DNA of 64,000 nt, from NCBI RefSeq assembly GCF_018977255.1, contig NW_024704743.1, positions 69,070,001 through 69,134,000 of the forward strand, given 5' to 3'. The DNA comes from Callorhinchus milii (lineage: Eukaryota). Position numbers and translations under genes: made by a program. The notes beneath the pieces are model-generated. The model saw nothing but the letters and a program-made list of their open reading frames with translations. It was not told the origin of the DNA and did no database searches. Position 1 is the first letter of the stretch. Each line of letters starts with the position of its first letter. Of this stretch, positions 25,574 to 39,269 are shown piece after piece.

Positions 25574-28500
25574 TTTTATTAATACCACTATTTCCCTGTT
25601 GTGGCAAGCTATCTAGGGAACTAATTATCACAGTTGTGGATAATTCTTTGTCTCATTTTATTTGCTGAATGTTCTGCTTAGAATAAGACCAGCTGTGAAA
25701 GCTCAAGTAAACAATTACACAATTATACTTAGTGCTTTATAATGTAACCCACTTAACTATCTTCCAGGGGGTGGGGGTGGGGGGCAGAGTTAAAGGAGGA
25801 AGCCGAGGGGGTCTTCTTGGAGCTATACTGATTCCAAGGTGATGGGCTTGGCAACAGAATAGTCGAATCAACCCCACATTTTGGGATCCCCAAGCCTTAG
25901 CTCTCGCCAACCTATGCCTCATACTCTGTGGAATTAGGTAAACAGGGTGTTTCCATTCAGAAAGACAGAATATGTACTCCATTCCAGGCACAGGAAAATT
26001 TCCATGTGTAGGTGGAATGCATATGTGCAACTCTCGTTATGGTTTGTACATATTTAAGCACGGTAATGGGTTTCTACATGTGTCTGAGGAACCATCCTTT
26101 GGATGGGATGTTAAACTGTTCAGGTGGATGTCAAAGATTCCATGGCACTATTCAAAAAGAGAAGGAAGTTTCTCCTGGTGTCCTGGCTAACAATCCCCCC
26201 AAATAAAAATTGGTTGCTCACTCCATGGCTGTTTTGGGAACATTGTTTTGCACAACTTGCTGCCACATTTCGCCAACAAAATACGTCAATCCTATTAGCA
26301 GTATATCTTGTGAAGCGTTTTGAGACGTCCCAACAACATGATGAAGTGCTATATCAAATGCAAGGATTATTAATATTATCGTTATTAATGGTGGTAATCA
26401 ATGCGAATAACACCGTCATTACATTGTGTAGTAAATTGAAACTTCTGATTGTAGAACATTAAATGTTAGGGGAATCCAGCACACATAACAAAGAGTACCT
26501 CCCATCAGCTTGAAGATATAGATGAAGATCATAAACTAACCAATATACAAGTAGCAGTACAATTTTATCCAGGTCTGTAATTACTGCAATTACAATATAT
26601 TAATGTAATGAGTTGTATTAACCCTCACTAACACAACATGCATAAAATCACCTTTGTTTCAAATATTTTGGAGACCTGTCCAAAGTCAGCCATACAGATG
26701 AAGGTGGAAGTAAGATGCCAAGAGACAGTTACACTCATCACACACACTAACAATCATGCTGTATATAATCTCTCCACATTACTCTTGTGGCTGCTGCTCA
26801 AGAAAATGCATCTATATGAATTGTTTATCTCTTATTTTATTTTTAGGTGGAAAAATTCTCAAAAGCTTTTGCAAATCATCTCATGGTATAGATGAGAGGC
26901 AGTGTTTATGGGTTAGTATTGCCACTCAGTGTCCATTTTTCCTTTTAGGACATGATAAACTGCTTAAAATCACATTCGCAGACATTCCCAAAGACTAGCT
27001 GAAAGACAGAGGCAGCAATTCTAATAACCTTAAAAGCATCAGAGTTTTCCATTTGATATTATTGGCATCAATGATAACTCTGAGCTAAACCGAGGTAAAC
27101 GATTATATTTAACAATCAATCTTCACAAATTGGTAATTATTTCTTGTATCTGTATAACATGAATCCCAGCTTGTAAACAGACAATTTCTAAAGAACTAAC
27201 GAAAAGATCACTATTTTTAGCAATTGGCTTATGAAAGACCGACTGTCTGACAAGTTTCCTTCCATTGTCCAACTAGGACCACGCTATCCAGTATTACATT
27301 ATACAGGATTATACAGTATACCAGATATGTATTATACAGTACAAGCAAACCTGGTAAGGCTTTGGTTTGCAAAATTAATTGGAGATGAATTGGAAGAATC
27401 CCTGGTCTCAGTGCCTGGTCTGCCCTTCCAAAAACTGCTGATGAGCCAGGCTATCTGATCTGTCAGGCAAGAGACAATTTCAAGATAGAAACCAGGTATT
27501 TATTTACTCAGAGGGTAATTAAAAGCTGGAACAGGTTAGCAGGAAGAATGGTTGTGGACAGGATTTTTTGACTCATTTAAAAAATCGTTTACGCTGTCAT
27601 GGGATGACAGTAGGGTGTGTATTCTGTAAAGATGGGATTAAATGATCTGAAGAGCTTTCTTCATCCAAACCTTGTGACTCAGATCAGAAACGCATTGTGG
27701 TGCTGGTCAGTGACATGAACCACAGTGGCATGTCTTTATAAAAGGAAAGAATAAACTTCATTGTCTATTTATAAAACGGCGCTGATGTAATATAAATCAG
27801 GCCACTAAGTTGGTCAACATGTGAGTGCACGAATACCCTGCATCAGTATGCTAGCCACAACACTATAGCCATGTGCAGCAAAAAAGCAATGGCTTTAGAC
27901 CATTCTTGAGACCCTCCAATCAGTACCCTCTACACATGACATGTAACTTATAAATCAATTTAACATGAGGAAACATATTACACTGGACAAGCAAATTAAT
28001 AAGTGCAAACCACTGAGACTTGTTTCTACTCACAATGGGGAACATTTTCCCACAATTCAATCATTATCTTAGTTTGCCTACAAAACAAACTACCTATGAA
28101 ACATTTCAAAATGGTTCAAAATTATAGGCGTTATAGTGCAAATCTTCTATTATTATAACTCTAGATTTCAGCCACTATGCCCTGCAGTCTCTCCCCCAAA
28201 TCCCTTCACCTTTCACCTTCTCTGCTTGCATTTAAAACCTTGTTTTCAATTCCCTTCATGCTCTCGCACCTCCCTACCTATCCTCATCCCCCACTCCCCT
28301 ACCCACTACCTCCGATTGTCTGGCTCCGGCTTCCTGTTTGTCCCTCACTCCCACTGTCAGCAGCCGTGCTTTCAGTCGCTATGCCCTGAAGCTCTGGCAC
28401 TCACTCCCCCAACCCCTCCGTCTTGCCCCCTTCCTCCCCACTTTCAAATCCCGCCTGAAGACCTTCGTTTTGGATTGTGCTTATGGTCACCTCCCCGCTC

Positions 28501-31500
28501 CCTCTGGTTCGGGGTCAGACTCTGCCTGTTAAGCACTCCAGGAAGCTACCCCGCATGAAGGGTGCTAGAAACAAACCAATGGCTAGTTGCCATACATTTG
28601 CCATACATAAATAAATGAATTCCCATATGTGTGTGTGTGCAGCATCTTGGTTTGTGTGATAGATTTTTAATGAGCATTAAAATTAATATGTAATAGAATC
28701 CTGCCCTGTGTACGTGAGTAAAACATTTCTGCCTTTATACTGCATGCTAAGCATTGTTACCATGAGGTCTTCGCACAGTTACCTAACTTTACAGTAAAAT
28801 CTTCGAGCATTCAACAATGTGAGAAGGCTGTATTTCAAATGCAAGGATTATAAAAGGTGAATGATATCTTATCCTTGATTTCATTGAAAGAGAGATACGG
28901 GTATCAAAGGTCCTTTGGTGGCTATTTGATCCAATTCTTCTGAAATATCAACTTTAGTTTTCCCATTGCAGCCACAAGCTTTTTCATAAATGAATACAGT
29001 ATCTTAGCCTCCAACATCCTTCCTGGTCAGTATTTTCAGCTGCTGACTGATAGCTATATGTCTACAAGAGGGGAAGATTGGACAGGGCAACCTGGTCATA
29101 TTGCTGGGTTTACAAGGAGCATCCATTGGGGGAATGCTTGGACCTTTGGTGCCAATGCAATGTATTTAGGAGGAGGTGTTTGGAAAATTCCTTTGGGAAG
29201 GGAGAGGAAATAGTCTGACCAATCAATCAGAAATATCCAGAAATGGTGTGCTAGACTCCAACTAGAAGAAAATCAGGAACTTCCTCCAGGAAGGACAATC
29301 AAAGCACAAATTAGTGGAGCCTGTGACTAAGACATTTCAAAATGTTAAAAGCTTGAGTTACACCTAAGGATGTCATGTGCAGCTTCTGTAACAAAGTGAG
29401 TTGCCCGCTGCATGTGACATTCAGAGCACAAAGCAAAAGCGAATAATTGTCAATCCATCTCATTACCTTGAATTATGGCCTTTGCCTTGTACTCGGCTTT
29501 CTCAATAATAATCCATAAAATGATCACCACCTTCAGTTGTGATGTCTCAAGACTGCAGAGCTCTAGCTTGTCTAGTCGTTGCTCATAGCTCATTCCGCTA
29601 ACACTGGGCATCATCCTCATTGCTCTCCTCTCCACTGCCTGGACAGCCCCCTTATGTCCCAGTGACCAGAACTCTATTGTGCCTTTTGGAAGTTGAGATG
29701 TCCCTCATCAAATATCATATGGCTTCCAACAGTTAATTTGGGCATCATCTCTTTCAAACAAGTCTATGAGATTGCACAGACAATACCTACCCTTTCTGAA
29801 TCCATGTTGACTGACACCATTAGTTTTCCTATTATGGAGGTCAGGCTAATGGATCTACCGTACTCCCTATTTGACCGACTCAGATTCCTTTTTAAGAAAT
29901 CAAGGTAAGAAATGACCGCAAGTTAAACCCCACAGTAACAAAACAGCAGACAAAGGCAAGTAGCAAAAGTGAATGTTTCTTAACAGGGCCAGGATTTTGT
30001 TAATTGACGTGAGAGATGAAATATTTCATGAAAGGTGTGTAGCACTTCATATGGAGCGTGGAGCGGTGTTCCATCAGTGATCTTCCAGTATAATTTTCCA
30101 CTCTCCAGCTGTACAGCAGGCTATTTTCAAGCAGATGTTGCAACCTGCCGTGAAGCTGAGCAAACCTGCTGCTTGGTTCCTGCTAAAGGAAGGGTTTCTT
30201 CAGTAGCTGTTAATTAGCAGATGAGCTTAACAAACCAATCATCTGCTTTCACACCAGAGCAAGGCAGTTTGATATTTTATTAATGGGTACCAAGTCAACC
30301 AAAGCATTTGGTCAAATGATTGTTTTTTGCCCAAATTAAGATGCTAACTGTGATTGAAACAGTGCATCTCAATATCAATGACGGACTTCAGGTTCGTACA
30401 AAGATGAAGATAAAGTACAGAAATAAACTTATTCTAGATTTTATTTATATATATATAGAGAGAGAGAGAGAAGAGGTTGCTTTGCTACTTTGGGCTAGCT
30501 GATCTGAATAGACAGATGCAAGGCTGAGGTAACACTGGGCCAAGATTATTGTTGCCATCCGTGATATGGAACGTGACTGTACATAACCTGTAACACAGCT
30601 CCCTTTGTTTCCACTTATGCAATTTATTATCTCATAAATATTATAAACTGCTTCACACAGTCATGTTTGCAAAAGCTAGATTTGAATATAGGCAGACTCT
30701 TAATACATCTGTAGTTTTTATAGATCACACTTTAGGCCTGTCAGTGTAATTTACTGGGCACATATCACTCTAATATACTAGTTGTTACTCATTGCCACAT
30801 TATAGTAAAATCTGGAGAAAGCAATAAAGGGGTATGGGAGAAGGGATTAAGAAAGGTAAAGGTTCCTGCACAACTAGTTAGCCAAATGTCCTGTTTCAAT
30901 GCTGTGTTGTATGTATAATTCTATGTAACGTAGAACTGCCTAAGTTTTTACCATCACTGTGTAGGTAAATACTGTATTGTCTTTTAGATACCAATACTTT
31001 CTGAATTTTAATGGTGCTCTTCCTGTGAAAGATGTTGGAAATTTGACAGAAGTATATTATTGTTTCCAAGGATAGAAGAGGGTTTGCATTTCTGTCATTC
31101 TCTATGATTCTAAATTGTCCTATTTTATAGTAAAATGGCTTGCAAGCAGAAAATTAATGAAGCCACTGCAAATTTCAAATCCTTATAATAATCCTTGCAT
31201 TTCATATAGCGCCCTGGCACACCAAAGCCTCTCAAAGCATGGAGGTTTTTTTTAAAAGTGTATTGAATGCGTATTTGTAAATGGAGGCAGCAGCCAATTT
31301 GCAGACATCATTGGCTCACAAGCAGTCAAGTGGTGATTGACAAATTTAACTAGAGAATCGTTGCCCAGAACAAGTCTGTCAAAGAGAGAGAGAGAGTGTG
31401 TAACCTGTGAGGCAGTCTGAATCTAATGTTTGAAGTGCTAGTTGGTGATCTTTGTGTTCAGTTTCATTTATTTTCCTTAAACCTTTATACTCTCTGCAGC

Positions 31501-34500
31501 TGTAGACATAGCATCCTATCTTTAGTAATTTATTAAATTAAACTATTGTAATTGAAAAACAATGTTGCTTGAGAGATTATTGGTACAGTACTTTCGTCTT
31601 GTAACGAATCCTGGTTTTTCCTTCTCCGTTCCGGGTAATCTACATTTGTATCTACAGGAAAGTGCACACTATATGGCCTTAAGAGGAGTGACCTTGTGTG
31701 CAGTAAATTGGTGGTTCCCTTTTAAAAGAAGGTGGAAGCAGAGAACATATGATCCACAAAACTAGAAATCATCCCAACGGTTGGTAACTGTCACACTGAC
31801 AAGTGGCTGCCGTGTTTGCTCACAAAATACACAATTTCACTATACTTTACAGTATATCCTGTGGAGTACGTTGGGACGTCCTCTGAGGTGAAAGGTGTGA
31901 TGAACCAAATGTAAGGATTATTAGCAGTGGTAGTAGTAGTTTTTGTTGCAGCAATTTTCTGATCAACGAATGGCAAGTCATCACCATTATATCTTACAGT
32001 CGGTGTTAGATGTTTGGCTGTCAATGCTCATTATAAACAGCAGTGTTGCTGCTGTTGGGAGATGACATCCATCAACAATGGAGACATCTTCAGCCATTCC
32101 TCTGACAGTAACATGACATCAGCCTTGGAAGTGAGTGGCAGAGCAGTGTGCAGTTGTTAAAAGTGCTCCTGCTCATTTTCATACTGAGTAACGAGTTTGC
32201 CTGCCGTTGGCTTGCAAGGAGCTTCCTATTAGTAGGTTGTAAATAGTAATTATTATTAATAGTACAACAAAGCACGTGTGTAAAATCTGGAACGCCCAGA
32301 GGTATTTTAAAGTCAACCAGGATGCTGCATGCATGAAATAAATACTGTAACAGGCCTTTTGTGCAGAATTACACCCATTTAGAATTCCCAAAGCACAAGT
32401 CGTGAGAGCTAGAGTGCTGCATTAAAGGTTGCGCTTACCATGAAGCACCAAGTTTTAGAAATATTAGAAATATAGGACTAAAATTTGCACCATTCCTAAA
32501 CATGACCTGTTATTCACTTAAGGAAGTTTCAAGTTTCTCCTTGGTTAAAATATTAACTGATCATATCCCATATTCTTGTTTTCTCCCAGAATACTGTGTA
32601 TAAATATTGATAACACACATAACGTGCCACATCTGTTAATCAAAAGTGCAAGAGAAAAACTCAGTGATTTATTTGTTTTTAATAAAAGCCAAGGTGTGTA
32701 TCAGCCTGGTGAAGTGATAGCACTCTCGCCCCTGAGTCAGAAGGTTGTGGATTCAAGCCCCACGTCAGGACATGGAATCAATCCAACGCAGGAAGTTCCA
32801 ACAATCCCCCAAATAAAAAAAAAGTCACTTATTTCATGACTCTTTGTGGGACATTGCTGTGCGCAAATTTCACACATGAAACATAGTCACTGTACTTTTT
32901 TACAGTAACCAACAACAACAAAATTACATTTGTATAGTGCCATTCATGTCGGGAGGACATCCCAAGGTGCTGGTTAAATCATGTGAATTCCTTTGGGTCA
33001 TCCATAATATGAAAGAGTCTTTACCAAATACCGAATTAAGATTATTATTATTATTATTGACACCTTAGCAACTAGTAATTTCCCCTGTCTTTACTCCACT
33101 TGTTTATCAGGTACCATTAGACAAAGCATGCAAACACAGTACATAATACCCATCATCTGAGAGATCCTCAGAATTCCTGAAAGGGTTCCTACAGCATCCT
33201 GATTGACTTTAAAAGGTTAGCTTCCACAGACTATCCACATTTTATATTTCTCAACTCTTCAAAGTATTGACATCTGCCTCACAGTACCTCCACAACCAAA
33301 CCGACCCATAGGGGAGGGTGGGGGTTTTCAGCCATTCTGCCCTCATCTCTGGAACTGCATCCTGGACCCTCTGACTCTTTCCTTCCCTCTCCTTGTTCAA
33401 AGCGTATTTCAACAGGTACCTCTTTGACCAGTCATCTTTCCCCTCCGCACCCTTCAGCACCCACCCCCAGCTCAGGTGCCCAGCCCTCATTGTCAAGCTC
33501 TTTATAATGTCATCCCTACATGAAAGGCCCCATATAAATGTAAGTTCTATTTTAATAAAATAATAATTTTGTCACTCAATCCATGACTGTTTGTCGAACC
33601 AACTGCTGTGCGCAATTGGCTACCTCGTTTCGCCCACAAAATATAGTCAGTTCACTTTGAGTAGTGAACTGAATAGTTTACAGCCACAGTTTACAGATTG
33701 TCACTAGTTCATGCAATAAGTAAGATCACAGCTCACAAAGGATTAAGAATAAGATTTAATAGCAGTGGAAGGTTAAATCTGCTTTACTAAATATAGTTGC
33801 TTGAGAAACTCCGCTGCTTTTGTAATTTTATATATCAATTGGAGCATTTTATTGTTGGAAGAAATTCTGAACGAACCTGACACTAAGATATACTTTTTGC
33901 AACTTCTTGGGTTTAATGGGAGAAATGTGAATATATAAATACATAAGTTCATTTTTCAAAGTATTCTACATGTGGACAAACATGTTTCTATGTACTTTAC
34001 ATATGTATTTTATATTACACGTTACGACAGGGTATTTTTGGGACCACTAACTGCAGAATTAAGACATAAGAGAGCTTTAGTTGGATTTCTTAACATAAGT
34101 CCTATACGTGCCAATGTGATAAATATAATACTGCTAATCTTTTCATTTGATACAGCACCTGCGATGTTGAAACAACTCTAAGCACTTCATAATTAATTGC
34201 TGTCAAGTGTACTGATGTTATGTTTGTAACTAAGGAGTCAAATTTTGTGCAGAACAAGGTCCCACAAACTGTTATGAGGTGAACGATCTGGTAGGTTGTT
34301 AGCCTATTAGGAGAAGCTCCTTTTTCTTTTAAAATAGTATTATGGGATTTTTAACATCTGATATTAACAACTGTTTTAACAACTTTTAACTGTTATTCCT
34401 TCACCCAACAAAACTTCTAAAGCAAAAAAAATGTAATAGCGAGAAGCAGCTTCTCAACTAGATTTGTCAACCTCAAAATTCTGCAGCCCAATTAATGTGA

Positions 34501-36554
34501 TGACAGCCCACAGCTTCCACAAGTTAGTGAGTTTGAACCCCTGAAATAAACTTCAGGAGCAAAAGAATGCATTTAAGTCAGGAAGTGCATATCTGTTGAA
34601 CGAAGTCAAGGTTATCAACGTATCAGACACGTGAGCTAAATAAATAATATCCCTTTGATACACCACAGCTTGCAGCCTTTCAAGAGGCTATTGTTTTTAT
34701 TTTCCAAGAAAAAGACTGGTTTAAGCAGGATTTTATCTTTTTAGCTTCAGAAGGGTAGAATAATAATGACAGTGACCATCCTAAGAAACGACATTTCCAC
34801 TTTAATAGTGTCTCTACAGAGTACCTGCTGATGACCAACTGTGCAAGGATTATCTGGTCTTAATTAATTAAAAAAAACTTTGTTGCATTTATTGCAAATA
34901 AGATGATTTTGAAAGGTAGGCTTTCGATACTTTCCCGATTGATTGTTAATTACTTCATCTGGAATAGCTAATGTGATCTCATTGAAACGTGGAAACATAT
35001 TTCTTAAACGACTGTGTGCATTTTTTGAAATAAATATTTTCAATGTGCTTTGGAAATATCACTTAAACATCGTTTTAAATATCCCTCAGATTTGTTGGGT
35101 GATAGATCAAAGGAGACTAATCACAGATGCAATGCAGAGTCCAATGCTGGAAGGAGATTAATGGTTACGTGAGAAAAATGGCTGTTAAGGGTATGGGAAA
35201 TAGTGGAGAAATGAGGTTAGAGATCTGCCGTGATGCAATAAACTGGCGAAGCAGGCTTGATGGGCTGAAAGGAAGCTCCTGTTCTCATGGACCAGATTGT
35301 GGGGTTCCTCCAAGTCAGCATAACACTGTTACACAACATTGTAAATTAGACCACAAAGTAAGACAAAGAACGATTGAGTTCATGTGATGTCTTATGTACA
35401 TCAAAGCTGCTAAAAGGCAATACTCTTTTAATTTGTTAAAGTCAGCAGGAAAATGATCCCTCCCCCACACTATAACATATTCTGGCAGTAACATAGCAGG
35501 TTTTTTTCAGCATCAACGTAATTCCTTTTCCTCATATATGTACAGACTTTAGGCTAGACGATTTAAGGAGCATCTTACAAATAGCGAAACATTTTGATGT
35601 ACATTTTTATACAGAAACCCTGAAATAATGAGTTTTCAATGTCACCATTGTTTCCACTTGTGTTTACTGGCTGTGCTTAAATTGGTATCTATCAGTGCCA
35701 TATAAATAAGCAATGAAAGCTTATTCCTTTGGTCAGGTGTTGCCTAGTCTGAGCATTGGTAACCTCAGCAACAGCAGACTGATCAAAACAATGCAGTGAG
35801 AAAATGACAAACCAATCCAAAAGATTGCCAGAACCCTAGACTGCATAACACAAACTAGGTTCCCAAATTCCCACTGCACTTTGATGTGAGACATCACTTA
35901 TTGCTGCAGGAGAGTATTCCCGCATCTTCCCTCGTGTTAGTTGTCAGTTTTGTTGTCTGTGGGTGGAAATCCACTACATACTGTTGAGGCTGGGAGCATG
36001 GAACATTACTGCGTTAGCAGAATAGGTTACTAAATAAACTACAGTGTGCAGTGAACACCAGGCATTACAACGGAACCACACAACTAACGTTAGAGTTATC
36101 AGTCACAAAAAATTGCATTGGTTGCAGTAATCATTCCGGGTTGGTTCATGCATTGCTGCTTGTGAAGTATTATCATGCCCTTTCGAATCCATTTTGATTA
36201 ATAGCTAAAGCCCACCACTAAACTGATGAACTGTAAGAGCTTGAAATCTCACTGACCAGCAATAAATTGTAATGAAATACATGCATCTTAAGACGGACAA
36301 AATGCTGAATGAATTAAATGCTGGTCTTTCTCTAAATGATAAAGCAGACTGTTATCTGAAGCAGATTTTTAGAGGGACAGCTAATCTGGGTAGGGAGAAT
36401 TCCTATACATCAGCTATTGACACAATAATGCCATTCACAAATCTTTTGCAATGGGACAATGCATTTTGGTATAGATTGGGCATTGCGTTTTAGTGAATAG
36501 AGTGAAAAATAAAGACTTTTTGAAAACAGCAGTGTAGTTTGCCATAGTACTTAC

Positions 36555-36662
36555 ACTCCACAAAATAGGAACCTGGCTCGATTTTCCAAATGATCCGTCC
36601 TCTGTGTGATCCATTAACTCCACGGTTTTTGTAGTCCAGGAAATTTTCAGACAGTACCTCAT
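36555..36662 (-). CDS. HECW1: HECW1 internal coding exon (108 bp, HECW N-terminal domain)
   Basis: Minus strand reads ttttcttttgtcaaacag|AT GAG GTA CTG TCT GAA AAT TTC CTG GAC TAC AAA AAC CGT GGA GTT AAT GGA TCA CAC AGA GGA CGG ATC ATT TGG AAA ATC GAG CCA GGT TCC TAT TTT GTG GAG T|gtaagt = (D)EVLSENFLDYKNRGVNGSHRGRIIWKIEPGSYFVE. This matches recalled human HECW1 DEVLSENFLDYKNRGVNGSHRGQIIWKI better than HECW2 DENSPANFWDSKNRG. Phase 1 to phase 1. The ORF track shows it only in the wrong frame. Confidence 0.96.
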
Positions 36663-37114
36663 CTGTTTGACAAAAGAAAAGTTATATACTGGATGGTCAT
36701 ATGAATCTCAGCACTTGCAACCTTGGAATGTAAGACCCACTATGTGCTTCAAATAGACAACATACAGAGAACAACAGATACTGTACATGTGAGTAATTGA
36801 AACACCATAATGTGGCTATTGGAGAGAAGATCAGTTGGCACCATAACATGAGAATGAAGCTGGTGCAGTTTAGGATCATAACATGACTGCTGAGATTGCA
36901 TTGTCGATGCATACTTGAGGTAGAAGGGTATGGGAGAGGGAATCAGGAGGGGTGAAAGCTCATGTGACGTATAATCCCCAGCGTGGACTAATTAAGCCAA
37001 ATGTTCCAATGCTATTACAGTCTATATAATTGCATGCTGAAGATTGCAGTTCAAGATGCTTTGGGCAGTTTTAACTGCTCATAATAATAATCCTTCCATT
37101 TGTTATAGCAACAT

Positions 37115-37582
37115 ATCACCCCCATCCTCGCCCGACTCCACTGCCTCCCCGTCACTCATAGGATACTGTTCAAGATCCTGGTCCTCAAAGCCCTCCACGG
37201 CCTTACTCCTCCCTACCTTTTGACCTCCTAACCCCTACCAACCTGTCCGCTCCCTCTGCTCAGCAGGCTCTGGCCTGATGCATTTCCCCCACCTCGCCTA
37301 CCCGCCATTGGCAGGCAGGCTTTCAGTATCTCTGCCCCACCCTCTGGATTGCCATGCCACAGTTCCTCCGCCTTGCCTCCTCCCTTGCCTCCTGTAACAC
37401 CCATCTCAAGACCCTCCTCTTCGACTGTGCCTTTGGTTACCCTCTTACCCCTACCCTCCCCACCCTCCGCCCCTGCTGATCCCAACCACCAGCTCGGGTG
37501 CAGATCTCTGACTGTCCAGCGCCCTGGGACGTCCTCCTGACTTGAAAAGTTCTATACGTATGTAATATGTTGTTGCTGTTGT
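37115..37582 (+). mobile_element. L2 3' fragment
   Basis: Same sequence as the 3' part of 16120-18012; ends agcgccctgggacgtcctcctgacttgaaa...tgttgttgctgttg. Confidence 0.88.
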
Positions 37583-37987
37583 TATCACGTTGTTGAGATG
37601 TCTCCAAGCGCTTGACAGGACATATTGTAAACTGGATTGACTGTATTTTGTGGGCAAAACACAGTAGCCAGTTGCGCACAGCAATGGCCCACAAACAGCC
37701 AGGGAGTGAGTGACCAATTTTTAATTTGGAGGGATTGTTGGCCAGCACACCAGGAGAAACTCCCTCCTCTTTTCGAATAGTGCCATGGGATCTTTAACAT
37801 CCACCTGAATAGACAGATGGGACGTCAGTTAACATCTCATCTGAAGGATAGAACCTCGGACCTTGCAACCCCCACCCCAGCTCTGCATTGGAATGTCAGC
37901 TTAGACTATGTGATTCCAAGTCCCAATGTGGGTCATCAACCTTTTGACTCTGTGGCAAGAGTGGCTACCACTGCGCCAGGCTGACAC
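37583..37987 (-). mobile_element. Deu-domain SINE, near full length
   Basis: Reverse complement of the 60134-60520 family. Further copies or fragments lie at about 9530-9754(-), 13880-14115(+), 22995-23155(-), 24335-24670(+), 26085-26380(+), 32697-32910(+), 38750-39040(+), 42225-42510(-) and 47872-48195(-). Confidence 0.8.
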
Positions 37988-39269
37988 ATAAGTCATTAAC
38001 CCTGGAAAGCAATTCGCTAATCAACTAACAACCGACTGGTACTTGCTGCTAGGTAAATAGAGGCATGTGGAGGAAGGAAACTTGTCTAAAATTTCGCCCC
38101 AGCCCAGGAATTGAAAGCAGGTCCTCTCGCTTACGAAGCGAGCGCGGTAACCAATACGCTACAGGACTCTACCAACCCTGTCTGATTTTTCTGCTTCCTA
38201 GTTTAGGTGCACCAAGATGACATGTAGAACACATAACATTTCCCAAGCTGAGATCATCATCTTAGGATACATAAGGGACTAAATATTGCTCCTGCCAAGT
38301 TGTGTGGCGCAGTTCTTTAAATGTCCTAACAGACCTTGATACAATGAGGGGGTAATTTTCCCTCAACAGGAAAATACTACTGTAGACAGAAAGTGCCCCA
38401 CCCTTTCTACCCTGGGTGTTTCTATCAGATTTAGCACTGATTGATTGATGTTATTCAGTGGTGTAATTTATCATTTTCTACCAAAGAATAAATATTTAAG
38501 AAATTATTTTAATCACTTTAGCATTCATTTTCATGTCAATGCAGTGGAACCACATGGGACATCCAGATGAAAACGAGCTCACACAGTGTAAAACATATAT
38601 GACACATAAACCCCCAAAGTTTAGACCTACTCTAATAAAATATTTCAACAATAAAAAACGGTTCAGACCAGTATGAACATGGCCATTTGTAAGTCAATCG
38701 TTAGTAAAAAGTCATTTTCTGCTCTTCTTCACCTAGACCACGAGATAGCAGCTTGTGGGTTCATGATCCATGGGACTTTGAGCTCATAGTCTAGATTGAG
38801 ATTTCAATGCAATGTTAAGGGAGCTCTGCATTGTCATTGCACTGCATTGGCAGAGCTGATCTTTGGATGAAACAGTTACTGAGATTCTCTCTGCCTGTAC
38901 AAGTGAATGCTATTTGAAAAAGAGATGGTAGTTTCTCTCAGGGTCTTGGACAACACTCCTTCAAATAAATTCACCCCGCGGTTCCTTGTGGGATCCTGCT
39001 GTGTACAAATTAGCTGCTGCATTTGCTTGCAAATCCACAATTACTACAGCGATTACCTGTGTAGGTCTTTGAGCAATGTCAACGTTATATAATAATCCTT
39101 ATATTTGATATAGTGTCTTGTCACGTCGTTTAGATATCTCAAAGTGCTTCACCGGATATACTGTAGAGTGATATCGCTGTGTGTATTTTTATGGGTGAAT
39201 CTTATGTATCAAATACAAAGAGTGCTTATTGTTATAAAATCCTAATAGTGGTGTCACTAAATGCAGCCT

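Noticed and set aside
31370..31795. Possible LTR fragment inside a SINE remnant
   Set aside because: Composition is suggestive, but I found no definable termini, TSD or second copy.
4538..36662. Assignment to HECW2
   Set aside because: Diagnostic peptides ([34 protein letters not shown]) fit HECW1 as I recall the two human proteins.
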